DNA from: a virus
Taxonomy: Duplodnaviria > Caudoviricetes
Strand: one strand, 5' to 3'
DNA: 34,690 nt
Virus record (IMG/VR): IMGVR_UViG_3300011339_000248
Span: 1-34,690 of that record
The translations under genes were made by a program, and so were the position numbers. The first letter of the stretch is position 1, and the number at the start of each line of letters is the position of its first letter. The notes under the pieces are model-generated. The model saw nothing but the letters and a program-made list of their open reading frames with translations, had not been told where the DNA came from and made no database searches. Shown here one piece after another: positions 18,625 through 27,812 of this stretch.

Positions 18625-20610
18625 TTATTTTTTTCTTGTAACTATATTTGTTTTCCACTCGTGTCTGCAAGATTCACTATGCTCACCATCAGGCATTGTC
18701 CACCAACCACCGCCTCTATCCCATACTGAATAACCTAATCTTGCACTCATTGATTCAATATCACTTCTGCTATATAACTTATTGGCATTGATTAAAGTTT
18801 TGCAAAATGGTCTGCTATTTTTTAAATCTGAATTATCAAATCCTGATTTCCAACCATATGAATACCTAACTAAAATTTCTGTAGTCTGTGGTTTTACATT
18901 ACCAACAGTTTTAGATAATGGTTGTACTAGTTCCCTTGAAACTATAATATTACTATTTATTCCTTTACCTATTTTAGTTTCAGTTGTTTTTAATATTTTC
19001 CTATCTTCTAAATCTTTTAAAATATTATTGATAGTATCTACATCTTCATTTAAAACTTCTGCTAATACTTCAGGTGTAACATCTTTTTGCTTAGCTATTT
19101 GGTCTAATATATCAGATTCTAATTGGTTCACATCAGCAAACATATAGAAATCAGATTCATCATTAAAACGTTTTTTAGATTTCCAAATATTATATGCTTC
19201 TTTATTATCACCAAATTCATAAAATACACTAAAATCTTGTGCAGCAAATTCTGCTTCTAATTCTTCAGCACCTAACCAAAGATTTACTTCTTCATCATTT
19301 AATGCATAACCTGTTTTAAGCATTGCACTAGCTTGTTCTCTGTTGATTTTACCTTTAGTAAATTCACGAATGATGCGCTGCATATTCTGCCATTCACGAC
19401 CCTTTAACCCTTTGATATGCTCATTAACTGATAACTCCTGCACAGGTGCAGCAGCATCAGCAGCAGGTGCATATTTTGTCATATCAATACCAATTTTTTC
19501 TAGTATCCATTCTTTAGGTGCTACTGATACTATTGTCTGCTCTGTAAATTCTAGACCTATAGGTTCTGTAGGGATTATCTTAATTTCACTTTCAACTCCC
19601 CTATATTTAGCCAACATATTGAATATACTTTCTAAATGCATTTGCTTAGCATTTACATAAGTATTTTTAAATATTTCATAGCCATCACGCATTTCAGTTC
19701 TGCTTCCTAATTTACCTGCTTCAGCAATACCCATAATGGATGGGGTAGTAACCTGATGTCCACTAAAAATATTAGTCTGTATTAATTCATCAATCTTACC
19801 AAAATCTTCTTTTGTTAAATCACTTGTACCTAAATCATCAACTACAGGCTTTCTAGATATATCATTGACAAAAGCAATCATATATTTTTTACCATCAGCA
19901 CCACTATAAGTCTTTCTTAACCTTTGGTCTACATTGCGTTTTTCTTCATCATTAGGTTCACCATTTGGTAAGGTAATAAGTTTACTAGCAGAAAACCCTG
20001 TTTGAGCATTACCCAAAATATGCTTAGATACTTCAATATCAGATTCAATATAGTTTAATGCAGCAAAATAACTAGGCAATCCATAGATACCAATGTTAGG
20101 TCTGTATTCCTTAACATATAAAATCTGCTTACCTACAGGTTGTCTAGGATTAAATCCTGCAACAACTACAGGCTTTACCTTGTTATCCTTCCAATCTTCT
20201 TTATACCAAAACTGTGTATTATCTTTATTTGTACGAATTTTAGTATAATCACAATGCCATAATTCTGCAAGGTTACCTGATAAATCCCAAATAACTTCCA
20301 AGTAAGCACCACCAAATATTTCAATATCCAAAGATACCTTTCTAGTTAAATCATCTAAAGATTCAACTCTATTCGCCTTATCTATGAAACCCTGTGCATC
20401 AGGCTGACCTGACCAACCATTGCCTGTGATATAATGCACCTTGCTTTTTATGATTGCACTATGCTTGCTAGACTTATTATATAAATCTACTATATATTCA
20501 GGATAGTCATTGTTTTCGCCATATTTAATGTACCCACCATCAATACCCTTTTTCTCTGCGAATTTGGGTTGCTTGGCTTCTGCGAATGTTAATACTCTTA
20601 AATCTATCAT
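18625..20610 (-). CDS. Portal protein with long C-terminal extension
   Basis: YGE.N.YP, Y.LP.Y, GH.VT.P core; HTH-like segment and SRPFC...CRHEW module. Confidence 0.85.
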   Translation of the reverse strand: MIDLRVLTFAEAKQPKFAEKKGIDGGYIKYGENNDYPEYIVDLYNKSSKHSAIIKSKVHYITGNGWSGQPDAQGFIDKANRVESLDDLTRKVSLDIEIFGGAYLEVIWDLSGNLAELWHCDYTKIRTNKDNTQFWYKEDWKDNKVKPVVVAGFNPRQPVGKQILYVKEYRPNIGIYGLPSYFAALNYIESDIEVSKHILGNAQTGFSASKLITLPNGEPNDEEKRNVDQRLRKTYSGADGKKYMIAFVNDISRKPVVDDLGTSDLTKEDFGKIDELIQTNIFSGHQVTTPSIMGIAEAGKLGSRTEMRDGYEIFKNTYVNAKQMHLESIFNMLAKYRGVESEIKIIPTEPIGLEFTEQTIVSVAPKEWILEKIGIDMTKYAPAADAAAPVQELSVNEHIKGLKGREWQNMQRIIREFTKGKINREQASAMLKTGYALNDEEVNLWLGAEELEAEFAAQDFSVFYEFGDNKEAYNIWKSKKRFNDESDFYMFADVNQLESDILDQIAKQKDVTPEVLAEVLNEDVDTINNILKDLEDRKILKTTETKIGKGINSNIIVSRELVQPLSKTVGNVKPQTTEILVRYSYGWKSGFDNSDLKNSRPFCKTLINANKLYSRSDIESMSARLGYSVWDRGGGWWTMPDGEHSESCRHEWKTNIVTRKK

Positions 20611-20981
20611 TGTCTAATTGTATAAGTGTCTGTTGTTGTATATTGATTATATGTCAAGGTAGAACCTGAAAGCCACATAATGCCTGTTTCTAGCTTATTT
20701 AAGCCTGTTGGATTCGTATTTGTAGTACTTGCTTGTTCATAGATTTCATAAGTATATTGACCTTCTAATGCGCTTGCAAAGTTGGTATTTGTTACTATGC
20801 TAAACTCATTGTATCTATCCTTATATAAACTTAAATCAGATGCATTTAAAACTACAAATTTTATAACATTGTTGCTACTTCTGTTTGTAAAAACAAAAAG
20901 ATAGTTAGGGTTAGTCAATAACTGCTTTTCAGTTAATGTCATAACAATAGTATTTGTTTCGCCTTTAGTTAAATGTATCAT
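20607..20981 (-). CDS. Structural hypothetical protein
   Basis: Beta-rich, GQY.YE.YEQ.S.TN; between tail tube and portal. Confidence 0.65.
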   Translation of the reverse strand: MIHLTKGETNTIVMTLTEKQLLTNPNYLFVFTNRSSNNVIKFVVLNASDLSLYKDRYNEFSIVTNTNFASALEGQYTYEIYEQASTTNTNPTGLNKLETGIMWLSGSTLTYNQYTTTDTYTIRQ

Positions 20982-21014
20982 CAATTATAAATAGCATTTA
21001 TTTAAATATTTACA

Positions 21015-21049
21015 AAATAAAAACCCCCACCTTGTTTAAGGGTAGGGGA
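21015..21049 (-). terminator. Intrinsic terminator after tail tube gene
   Basis: GC-rich hairpin followed by U tract on minus strand. Confidence 0.65.
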
Positions 21050-21074
21050 ACTAAACTATGAAAAACTACAAACT

Positions 21075-21593
21075 CTATCCTGCAGTTGTAAGGGCAGCAG
21101 CAACTGTACTATTTACTTCAGGTGCTAATGCAGGCTCTGCGCCTGTAAAAGTCAAAGTGTAACCACTTCTATCACCTTCAGCAGTACCTGATGCAGCATT
21201 ACCTGCAGTCAAATCTAATGCTCTAGTTTTACCTAGATACCAATATTTGCCATTATTATCTTTAGCAACTGCTACAAGTCTATTTTGAGCCAATAACAAG
21301 ATTTCGTTTCTTGTATTAGCTTGTAGCTTATTTAAAATTATTGTTAATTCAGGAGTAAAAAACAAAGTACCATTTTGAACATTCGATGCTACATTCTCTG
21401 TAAACATAGAAGTTCCTTTTGTTAATTCGTATTTATAGAATCTTTTACCTGTTGCTTTAACTAATGCAGTAATTACACCACTAGCTTCGGTAGTAGAAGT
21501 TACATCTGAACTTGCAATAAAATAAACTTCCGTAATACCACCTAGTGAATCACGGCAATCTAAGGTATATCCTTGTGTTAATGCGCACGGCAT
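21075..21593 (-). CDS. Major tail tube protein
   Basis: C.LT.G..LDCRDS.GGI, NGT.FF, D.NG, G....D.SGYTLTF.G.E. Confidence 0.75.
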   Translation of the reverse strand: MPCALTQGYTLDCRDSLGGITEVYFIASSDVTSTTEASGVITALVKATGKRFYKYELTKGTSMFTENVASNVQNGTLFFTPELTIILNKLQANTRNEILLLAQNRLVAVAKDNNGKYWYLGKTRALDLTAGNAASGTAEGDRSGYTLTFTGAEPALAPEVNSTVAAALTTAG

Positions 21594-21614
21594 ATTTTAT
21601 TATTTTATTGTTTT

Positions 21615-21646
21615 AAAAAATGGGGAGTATATTTCAACTCCCCTTT
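21615..21646 (-). terminator. Intrinsic terminator after capsid gene
   Basis: GGGGAGT/ACTCCCC stem plus U6. Confidence 0.8.
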
Positions 21647-21650
21647 ATAA

Positions 21651-22601
21651 TTAGATAGCTACTTTTACGATTTCATCAGGGAATGCTACGTTCACACCCA
21701 TTTTGAATTCTGCAGCGAATCTTACTTCATCAGCTTCTTTAGCAAAGAAGATTTCAAATTTTTCTTCCTCATTCAATAAGTCTGTACCTAAGAACAAGTT
21801 GCTTAAACGCATTGCGTAAACATCATTAGTTCCATTAAGACCTTGTAAAGCTACTACTTTAATTGAAGTACCAGGTAATACGAATTCAGAATCAGCCTTA
21901 CCATCAAATGCATAGTTGAACATATTTGCGTTCTTTAATGCAATAGTGTAAGTTCTGAAAGTATCCATACCACATACTATAACCATATCATCAGCAGCTA
22001 CTACTTTTGCAGGAATTGCTCTGTATACACCATCAAATAAAGCAATTACATTTGAAGCATTAATAGCAGTTAAAGGCGCACCTGAAATAAATCCTGATAC
22101 GTTTGCATCAACTACACCTGAAGCAGCACCAATCAATTTGATTAAACCATCAAACTTGTTTAAGTTACCGTTTGCAGAAGCAGTATCACCCTGCCAAATA
22201 GCAGTCTCTAATTGAGAAGCAATAGTTTTTGCTTTTTTGTCTGAGAATTCTTGCTCAAAAGGAATTGAATCATACTGAGAACCTGTAGGTAAAGCCTTTT
22301 GTAAATACTTAGATTCTAATGTCTTAGGACATAATGCTTCTTGTACTTTGATTTTACCAACTGTTACTGTTCTTTGTGTGAAAGAAGTTGTACCTGATGC
22401 GTTCCAACCACAAGTACCACCTGCTTGGAAAAATGCATCTGTGTCCATAATGTTGATTGTCTCTGCAGACTTTACACCAACCATTACGTTACCTGCACTC
22501 TTAATTAAAGATGCAGTTTTTGCGCCTAATACTGAAGAAGTAACCAATAATGCTTCGTTCTCTTTAGTATAGTTTGCTAATGAACTTACTGAAAATGCCA
22601 T
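21651..22601 (-). CDS. Major capsid protein
   Basis: 316 aa after scaffold; IWQGD....N...FDGL; strong terminator downstream. Confidence 0.85.
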   Translation of the reverse strand: MAFSVSSLANYTKENEALLVTSSVLGAKTASLIKSAGNVMVGVKSAETINIMDTDAFFQAGGTCGWNASGTTSFTQRTVTVGKIKVQEALCPKTLESKYLQKALPTGSQYDSIPFEQEFSDKKAKTIASQLETAIWQGDTASANGNLNKFDGLIKLIGAASGVVDANVSGFISGAPLTAINASNVIALFDGVYRAIPAKVVAADDMVIVCGMDTFRTYTIALKNANMFNYAFDGKADSEFVLPGTSIKVVALQGLNGTNDVYAMRLSNLFLGTDLLNEEEKFEIFFAKEADEVRFAAEFKMGVNVAFPDEIVKVAI

Positions 22602-22612
22602 TGTTTATAAAT

Positions 22613-23218
22613 TTATTTGTTTAAAATTGCGTTTCTATATTTCTCCAATCTTTCATATTTACTATCATTAGTAGTTACATAAGATTGAAATGCGTTTGCT
22701 GCTTTTTGAGTAGGCTCTGCAGTTGGGGTGTTTGAAAGTGCTTCTACTAATTCAGCTACTTGTGCAAAACCTTGTTTTACTTTGCTTTCTAATTCAGCAA
22801 TTTTTGCTTCTAATTGACTTTTTTGCTCTGCAAATTCAGCCTTTAATTCTTCAGCCATAGCAGTTGTGTCTTGTGCAGGTGGAACAGGTGCAGCAGGTGC
22901 TTCAGGTTCTACTTCTACAACATCAGACTTAGGTGTAGAAATTTCTACGATTGTACCTAATTCATCAACTACAATAGATGTACCATCCATTAATTGATGC
23001 TCACCTGCAGGAGCAGGACTACCATCAGCCATTTGTACCATACCACCTAATTCTAAAGCAGAAATCATAACTTTTGTTCCATCTACTAAAGAATATTCAG
23101 CCATTTCTACCTTTGTTACTTCAGGCACTTCAGGTGCAACAGGAGCAACAGGCTCAACAACTAGTGGCATTTCTTCAAATAATGCTTTTATTTGCTTTAA
23201 TGCTTCTTTTGGATTCAT
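22613..23218 (-). CDS. Capsid scaffolding protein
   Basis: Acidic, Pro/Ala-rich, L.DGT repeats, coiled-coil C-terminus; precedes capsid. Confidence 0.75.
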   Translation of the reverse strand: MNPKEALKQIKALFEEMPLVVEPVAPVAPEVPEVTKVEMAEYSLVDGTKVMISALELGGMVQMADGSPAPAGEHQLMDGTSIVVDELGTIVEISTPKSDVVEVEPEAPAAPVPPAQDTTAMAEELKAEFAEQKSQLEAKIAELESKVKQGFAQVAELVEALSNTPTAEPTQKAANAFQSYVTTNDSKYERLEKYRNAILNK

Positions 23219-23262
23219 AAATATTTTAATATAAATATTATAAATGTGGATATGTTATCACT

Positions 23263-23353
23263 TAACCGCTTATCCTTATTATTTACCGTTCATCATATTT
23301 CTAAAAAAAAGTGGTCAAATGTTTGGAATATGTACAGAACCTGTGTATATTTG
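23263..23353 (+). promoter_or_regulatory. Bacteroidota-type promoter with upstream double box
   Basis: TTTG(23322)-N20-TATATTTG; TTACCGTTCATCA at 23283 and degenerate copy at 23263. Confidence 0.85.
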
Positions 23354-23390
23354 TTATGTGATTGAGAGATAACCAACAAAAACCACTATT

Positions 23391-23492
23391 ATGAACCACA
23401 AAATTTTGCCTCCCCCATTAGAAGTTAAATTGTTCCTTTATTTAATAGGAGCAGCTTTCTTTAGCGTTTTAATCCAATTATTAATCAAATAA
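23391..23492 (+). CDS. Small membrane peptide (33 aa)
   Basis: MNHKILPPPLEVKLFLYLIGAAFFSVLIQLLIK; first ORF after promoter, A-rich leader. Confidence 0.6.
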   Translation: MNHKILPPPLEVKLFLYLIGAAFFSVLIQLLIK

Positions 23493-23501
23493 ATATAAAC
23501 T

Positions 23502-24077
23502 ATGAAAAATCTAATTGAAAAGTATGAAAGTTTGGGATTTCATTTGAATGCCCAAGAATCACCAATGGTTGTTGCCTATTGTGTTAGAAAGGTTAGTAAA
23601 GCTAGATTCAAAAAGCCTTTATTTAACTACAGATTTAGAACTGCTGAAAGAATGGCTGAATTCTGTATGGAATGGATTGAAAAAGTAGAAAGAAATATCA
23701 ATGCAGAGAAAGCTAGAAAAGAGCAAAAGAAGATTGCTCAACAGAATATGAATCACAATTATAAGGTTGGTCAGGTTCTTTACAACAGTTGGGGTTATGA
23801 CCAAACTAACATTAACTTCTATCAGGTTATTGAAGTTAAAGAAAAATCAATAATTTTGCAAGAAGTTTGTAAAAGCATTGTTGCAGGGTCTGAAGGGTTT
23901 ATGTCTGCTCGTGTTAAGCCTGTTGAAAATGCCTTTATTGGAGAACCAATCCTAAAAAAAGTAGTTGTTTCAGTTGGTTACAATGGGAATGTTGGTTACT
24001 ACATCAAAGCAAAGCACGGTTGCTTCTGCGAATATTCCGAGAATCAACAAGGTGTTTACAGTAGTTGGTATGCTTAA
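23502..24077 (+). CDS. Hypothetical early phage protein
   Basis: 191 aa; VG..LY.SWGYDQTN..FYQV motif. Confidence 0.8.
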   Translation: MKNLIEKYESLGFHLNAQESPMVVAYCVRKVSKARFKKPLFNYRFRTAERMAEFCMEWIEKVERNINAEKARKEQKKIAQQNMNHNYKVGQVLYNSWGYDQTNINFYQVIEVKEKSIILQEVCKSIVAGSEGFMSARVKPVENAFIGEPILKKVVVSVGYNGNVGYYIKAKHGCFCEYSENQQGVYSSWYA

Positions 24078-24087
24078 TTAAATTAAA

Positions 24088-24612
24088 ATGAATAAAATAA
24101 AATATAACTCACTTGCTCTAGCTGCTGAATACCACAAGTATCAGCAGTATGGGGTTAAGCCTTACTTAGACCATTTATTAAACGTATGGTATGAAGCAGA
24201 AAAGTTCTGTAATGAAAACAATATCAAAGGAATTAAATTAGATATAATCCTTTCTGTGTGTGCATTGCACGATACTTTAGAAGATACTACATTAGATGAA
24301 AATAAAATCAAGCTAATACACAAAGAAGTTTATAATAGTGTTAAGCTATTAACTAAGAAGCCACCATTAAATAAATACTATATTGAAATTGCTAAAAATG
24401 AAATAGCATCTATAGTTAAATTGTGTGATAGAATATGCAATATCAGAGAATGTATTAAGAACAAAGACTACCGTAAATTAAAAAAGTATATAAATGAATC
24501 TAATAAATTCAAGGTTATATACTCTGATTTTAATAAGCCATTATCTAATAAATTAGAAAGACTTTATTTTAAAGGGAAGCTAATTAGTATTTTTCGTATT
24601 GCTCTTTACTAA
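24088..24612 (+). CDS. HD-domain small alarmone hydrolase (Mesh1/SAH/Aph1-like)
   Basis: A..YH..Q.YG..PY..H...V, ALHDTLEDT, V.LLTK, VKLCDR..N. Confidence 0.9.
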   Translation: MNKIKYNSLALAAEYHKYQQYGVKPYLDHLLNVWYEAEKFCNENNIKGIKLDIILSVCALHDTLEDTTLDENKIKLIHKEVYNSVKLLTKKPPLNKYYIEIAKNEIASIVKLCDRICNIRECIKNKDYRKLKKYINESNKFKVIYSDFNKPLSNKLERLYFKGKLISIFRIALY

Positions 24613-24802
24613 TAACATTACCTTCTAAAAATGCCTGCGTTAATGGTTCTGAACCAATTTCTATTGAATATGGCTTACCACCTTTTAATTTAGCTTCATA
24701 CCCACCATCAGGAATGCTTTTAAAAGCTACCCCATCAAATGAATTAAGAAAGTAAACTTCATTACCTGAAGCTAAAAGATTTAATAACTCTGTGTGTTTC
24801 AT
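24584..24802 (-). CDS. Small protein, candidate immunity factor
   Basis: 72 aa directly downstream of the synthetase domain; TATATTTG at 24806-24813. Confidence 0.65.
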   Translation of the reverse strand: MKHTELLNLLASGNEVYFLNSFDGVAFKSIPDGGYEAKLKGGKPYSIEIGSEPLTQAFLEGNVISKEQYEKY

Positions 24803-24828
24803 AATCAAATATAATTAATTTTCTTGAA

Positions 24829-26094
24829 TTACCCTCTAAAATTCTTATAATATTCTTTAGATTTATTTGCAATTTCAGCCATTTTAGCGGCATCTTTTTT
24901 AGGGTCTAGTATTCTATATTCCTCATATAATTTATGCCCTAGACCGCCTTCTTTGCCTGTTTGCTTTGCTATTTGATTGTATTTATCATTACCTAATATT
25001 GCCTTAGCTGATGCTGCACTTTCTTTAGCATAAATCATTTTAGCACTATTTACCTGAACTTCACCTATTAATCCATTACTCATTCTGACATTTGCAATAG
25101 TTCCACTATAACCTAATGGGTCAGAATCAGCAACCTGAACCTTAACTCTTAATGTATTAGGGTTATCTGCTAAATCTTTTATGGCTGATTGTATACCTTG
25201 TTCATTATCTATTATAACTGTATTTCTTACCGAATCTTTTAATTCGTTTACATTACCACCATAATCATTATTCACCTTTCTAGTGATAGATTCCTCTGAT
25301 TTATAATTTAATGGGGTAACTACACCACCGTATTTTGATGCTAAGTCATTACCTAACTTATCTATTTCACCGCCTGTCTGCCTTGCTTTATCCATTACAT
25401 TTTTTACATCTTCTTTGCTCACATTGATTTTAGAAGCAGGTGCATTTTTAGAACTTTCTTTACTACTACCGCCTTCAGGTCTGCGACCACTACCAACCCC
25501 ACCTAATTCAACTTCTTCTAGGATTTTATAGATTTCATTCATCACCTGTTGTTCTTTAGAAACTAAAGGTGCATAGTTAAATATTCCTTCAATAGAAAAT
25601 CCATTAACCATCCCCTGCTTTACCTTGTCCCATACATCATCATTTTCTACTAGCATAGATACAAACCACGAACCATCAGGAGCATCTTCAAATCCTTTCA
25701 TTGGTTCAATACCTCTAGACTTATCACTAATGAAACTTTCAAACATTGTAACCCCTGTCTCAACTTGATTAGGGTCGTGCATCAAGTTAACATTATTCTG
25801 ATAGCCTTTCTTAAAATATTTCTGAACAATCTTTGTAATAGTGTCTTTAGAAAAAGCAACATAGTAATCCCCAAAAGTAGCATCACTTCTAAAAATAGGA
25901 GTGTCAGCCAACATAGCGCAACCACTGATGATGCGCTTATCTTCACTAATAATTTGAAACTTCTGTTCATTTTTAAACGCATTCCAATTCTTTTGAATGG
26001 CAGGTCTATCTACTAATGAAACGAATTGCACCTCTGCATCATCATTCAGGTCATCAGATATTTCCAACATATATAAAGGTAATTCCATACTCAT
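24829..26094 (-). CDS. XkdF-type prohead protease fused to RelA/SpoT-family nucleotidyltransferase (alarmone synthetase) domain
   Basis: N-term SLVDRPAI, N.MH, GSWF, GFSIEG; linker GGVGSGRRP; C-term KSEESITRK, DSVRNT, GYSG, EVQVN. Confidence 0.85.
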   Translation of the reverse strand: MSMELPLYMLEISDDLNDDAEVQFVSLVDRPAIQKNWNAFKNEQKFQIISEDKRIISGCAMLADTPIFRSDATFGDYYVAFSKDTITKIVQKYFKKGYQNNVNLMHDPNQVETGVTMFESFISDKSRGIEPMKGFEDAPDGSWFVSMLVENDDVWDKVKQGMVNGFSIEGIFNYAPLVSKEQQVMNEIYKILEEVELGGVGSGRRPEGGSSKESSKNAPASKINVSKEDVKNVMDKARQTGGEIDKLGNDLASKYGGVVTPLNYKSEESITRKVNNDYGGNVNELKDSVRNTVIIDNEQGIQSAIKDLADNPNTLRVKVQVADSDPLGYSGTIANVRMSNGLIGEVQVNSAKMIYAKESAASAKAILGNDKYNQIAKQTGKEGGLGHKLYEEYRILDPKKDAAKMAEIANKSKEYYKNFRG

Positions 26095-26114
26095 AAATAG
26101 AATTTTTTAAAATA

Positions 26115-27812
26115 TTAACTAAATCTTGCTCTTTGTCTAATAGCTGCTATTCTTTCTTGATTGCTTGTAACATCACTTTCAATCACATATGCTCTTACTG
26201 CCTGATTGCCAATATCGTTAATTGTCTGTTGATTTAATTGTGTTACCTGTGCAGTAGGTGTTTGTGGTGCCATTGGTGCTGCACTAGAAATACTTGGGAC
26301 ACCTGCAGAACTACCACCACTTCTAGGTACAGATACTGATGCAATTTGTTTTACCCTAGCTATACCTGCTAATACTGCAGGAGCAGCCATTAAATAAGGA
26401 TATGCAGGATTTACTACTGTTATTGGATTTTTTGCTGCTTGTTTAAATATTGTTGATGCACTTAAATAAGTATCAATTGTAGCAGATGCAATTGCAATAG
26501 CTTTACCTGCAGCAGTTTCTTGACCTAATAAATTTGATATTCCTGCAGTAATATCAGCAATAGCATAAGCAGATGCTATTTTACTTTCTTTTTCTAATGC
26601 ATCAATTCTTGCTTTTGCTGCTGCAGTTTCTTCAGCTTTTTGTATAGATTCTAAATCAGCCTTTGCTCTAATTGCTAATACTTTTCCTAATCCATCTTTT
26701 TCACTTTTTTCATTAAAGTCCTGTAGTCTTTTTTCTCTATCAGCTTTAGCTTTTTCATCATCTTCTACTTTTTTCTTTCTCTCTGAATCAGTTAATCCAT
26801 CTTGACCAATTATTTCTTTATTTAATTTTTTAGATTGTTCTTTTCTTTTTTCATAAAGAATAAGGTCTTGATTTAACAACCATTCATTATATTTTTCTAT
26901 TTCAGCTTTTTCTGCTTCAATTATTTGTTCTTTTCTTTTTTGTTCCTGTATATCTAATATTCTTAATTTAGAATTTAAATCTGCTCTTTCTTCAATTTCT
27001 TTTTCTGAATTACCTTTAATTGCTTGTAATTGATATTCAAGTCTTTGTCTTTTTAATTTATATACTTCATCTTCCCTACCACCCTGTGCTTCAAGTTCTG
27101 CTATTTGATTGTCTAATGCTTTTGTAATTTTACCAATAGCCTTTATCCATTCATCAGATTCCCTTTTTGCTTGTGATGTAATACCAACAAAGTCTGTAAT
27201 TTTTTGAACTACATTACCAATTGTTTGTGCAAATTTGAATAATTCAGGAAAACTATTTTTAATATATTCTGTAAATTCATTAAAATTAGCAATAAGTAAT
27301 CCAATAGCTACTGCTAATGCACCAAATCCTGTAGCTATAATAGCACCTCTTAAAGTACTAAATGCTCCTACAACTTGTGTTCTAACTACTGCACCTAATT
27401 GTTTAAAAGAATCTATGCTTTCACCTACAGATTGCAACCCCTGTGAAAGTGCCATTGCTGACTGAACCTTTAATAAAGTCTTTTGTACATCTTCTGATTC
27501 TTTGCCAAATAAAGCCATTGCTCCCTGTACTGCACCGAATCCACCTGCTACACCTGATAATGAAGCAGTAAGTGCTTTAAATTTAGCATCAGGATTAAAT
27601 GCATCAGTCAATGATTTAGCATCACCTATCCTATCCCTAAGTTCTGCAGCTTTTTTTGCTGCGTTTACTGCCTCTACTGAAGTAGCACCAAACTTATCAG
27701 ATAATGCTATTACTTCAGCTTGTGCTTCCCTCATTTGCTTTTTAAGTGAACCTATAGAACCTTCAGCACCTGTCGTATTTATATTTACGTTTAAATTTAA
27801 ATTCTCTGCCAT
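26115..27812 (-). CDS. Tape measure protein
   Basis: Ala/Gly-rich helical N-half, coiled-coil middle, C-terminal RAYV.ESDVT..Q. Confidence 0.8.
   Translation of the reverse strand: MAENLNLNVNINTTGAEGSIGSLKKQMREAQAEVIALSDKFGATSVEAVNAAKKAAELRDRIGDAKSLTDAFNPDAKFKALTASLSGVAGGFGAVQGAMALFGKESEDVQKTLLKVQSAMALSQGLQSVGESIDSFKQLGAVVRTQVVGAFSTLRGAIIATGFGALAVAIGLLIANFNEFTEYIKNSFPELFKFAQTIGNVVQKITDFVGITSQAKRESDEWIKAIGKITKALDNQIAELEAQGGREDEVYKLKRQRLEYQLQAIKGNSEKEIEERADLNSKLRILDIQEQKRKEQIIEAEKAEIEKYNEWLLNQDLILYEKRKEQSKKLNKEIIGQDGLTDSERKKKVEDDEKAKADREKRLQDFNEKSEKDGLGKVLAIRAKADLESIQKAEETAAAKARIDALEKESKIASAYAIADITAGISNLLGQETAAGKAIAIASATIDTYLSASTIFKQAAKNPITVVNPAYPYLMAAPAVLAGIARVKQIASVSVPRSGGSSAGVPSISSAAPMAPQTPTAQVTQLNQQTINDIGNQAVRAYVIESDVTSNQERIAAIRQRARFS

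Noticed and set aside
25782-25982. Alternative-frame ORF within the protease gene (also 14526-14717 in the fibre)
   Set aside because: Short, no leader or slippery site, fully nested in a conserved domain.
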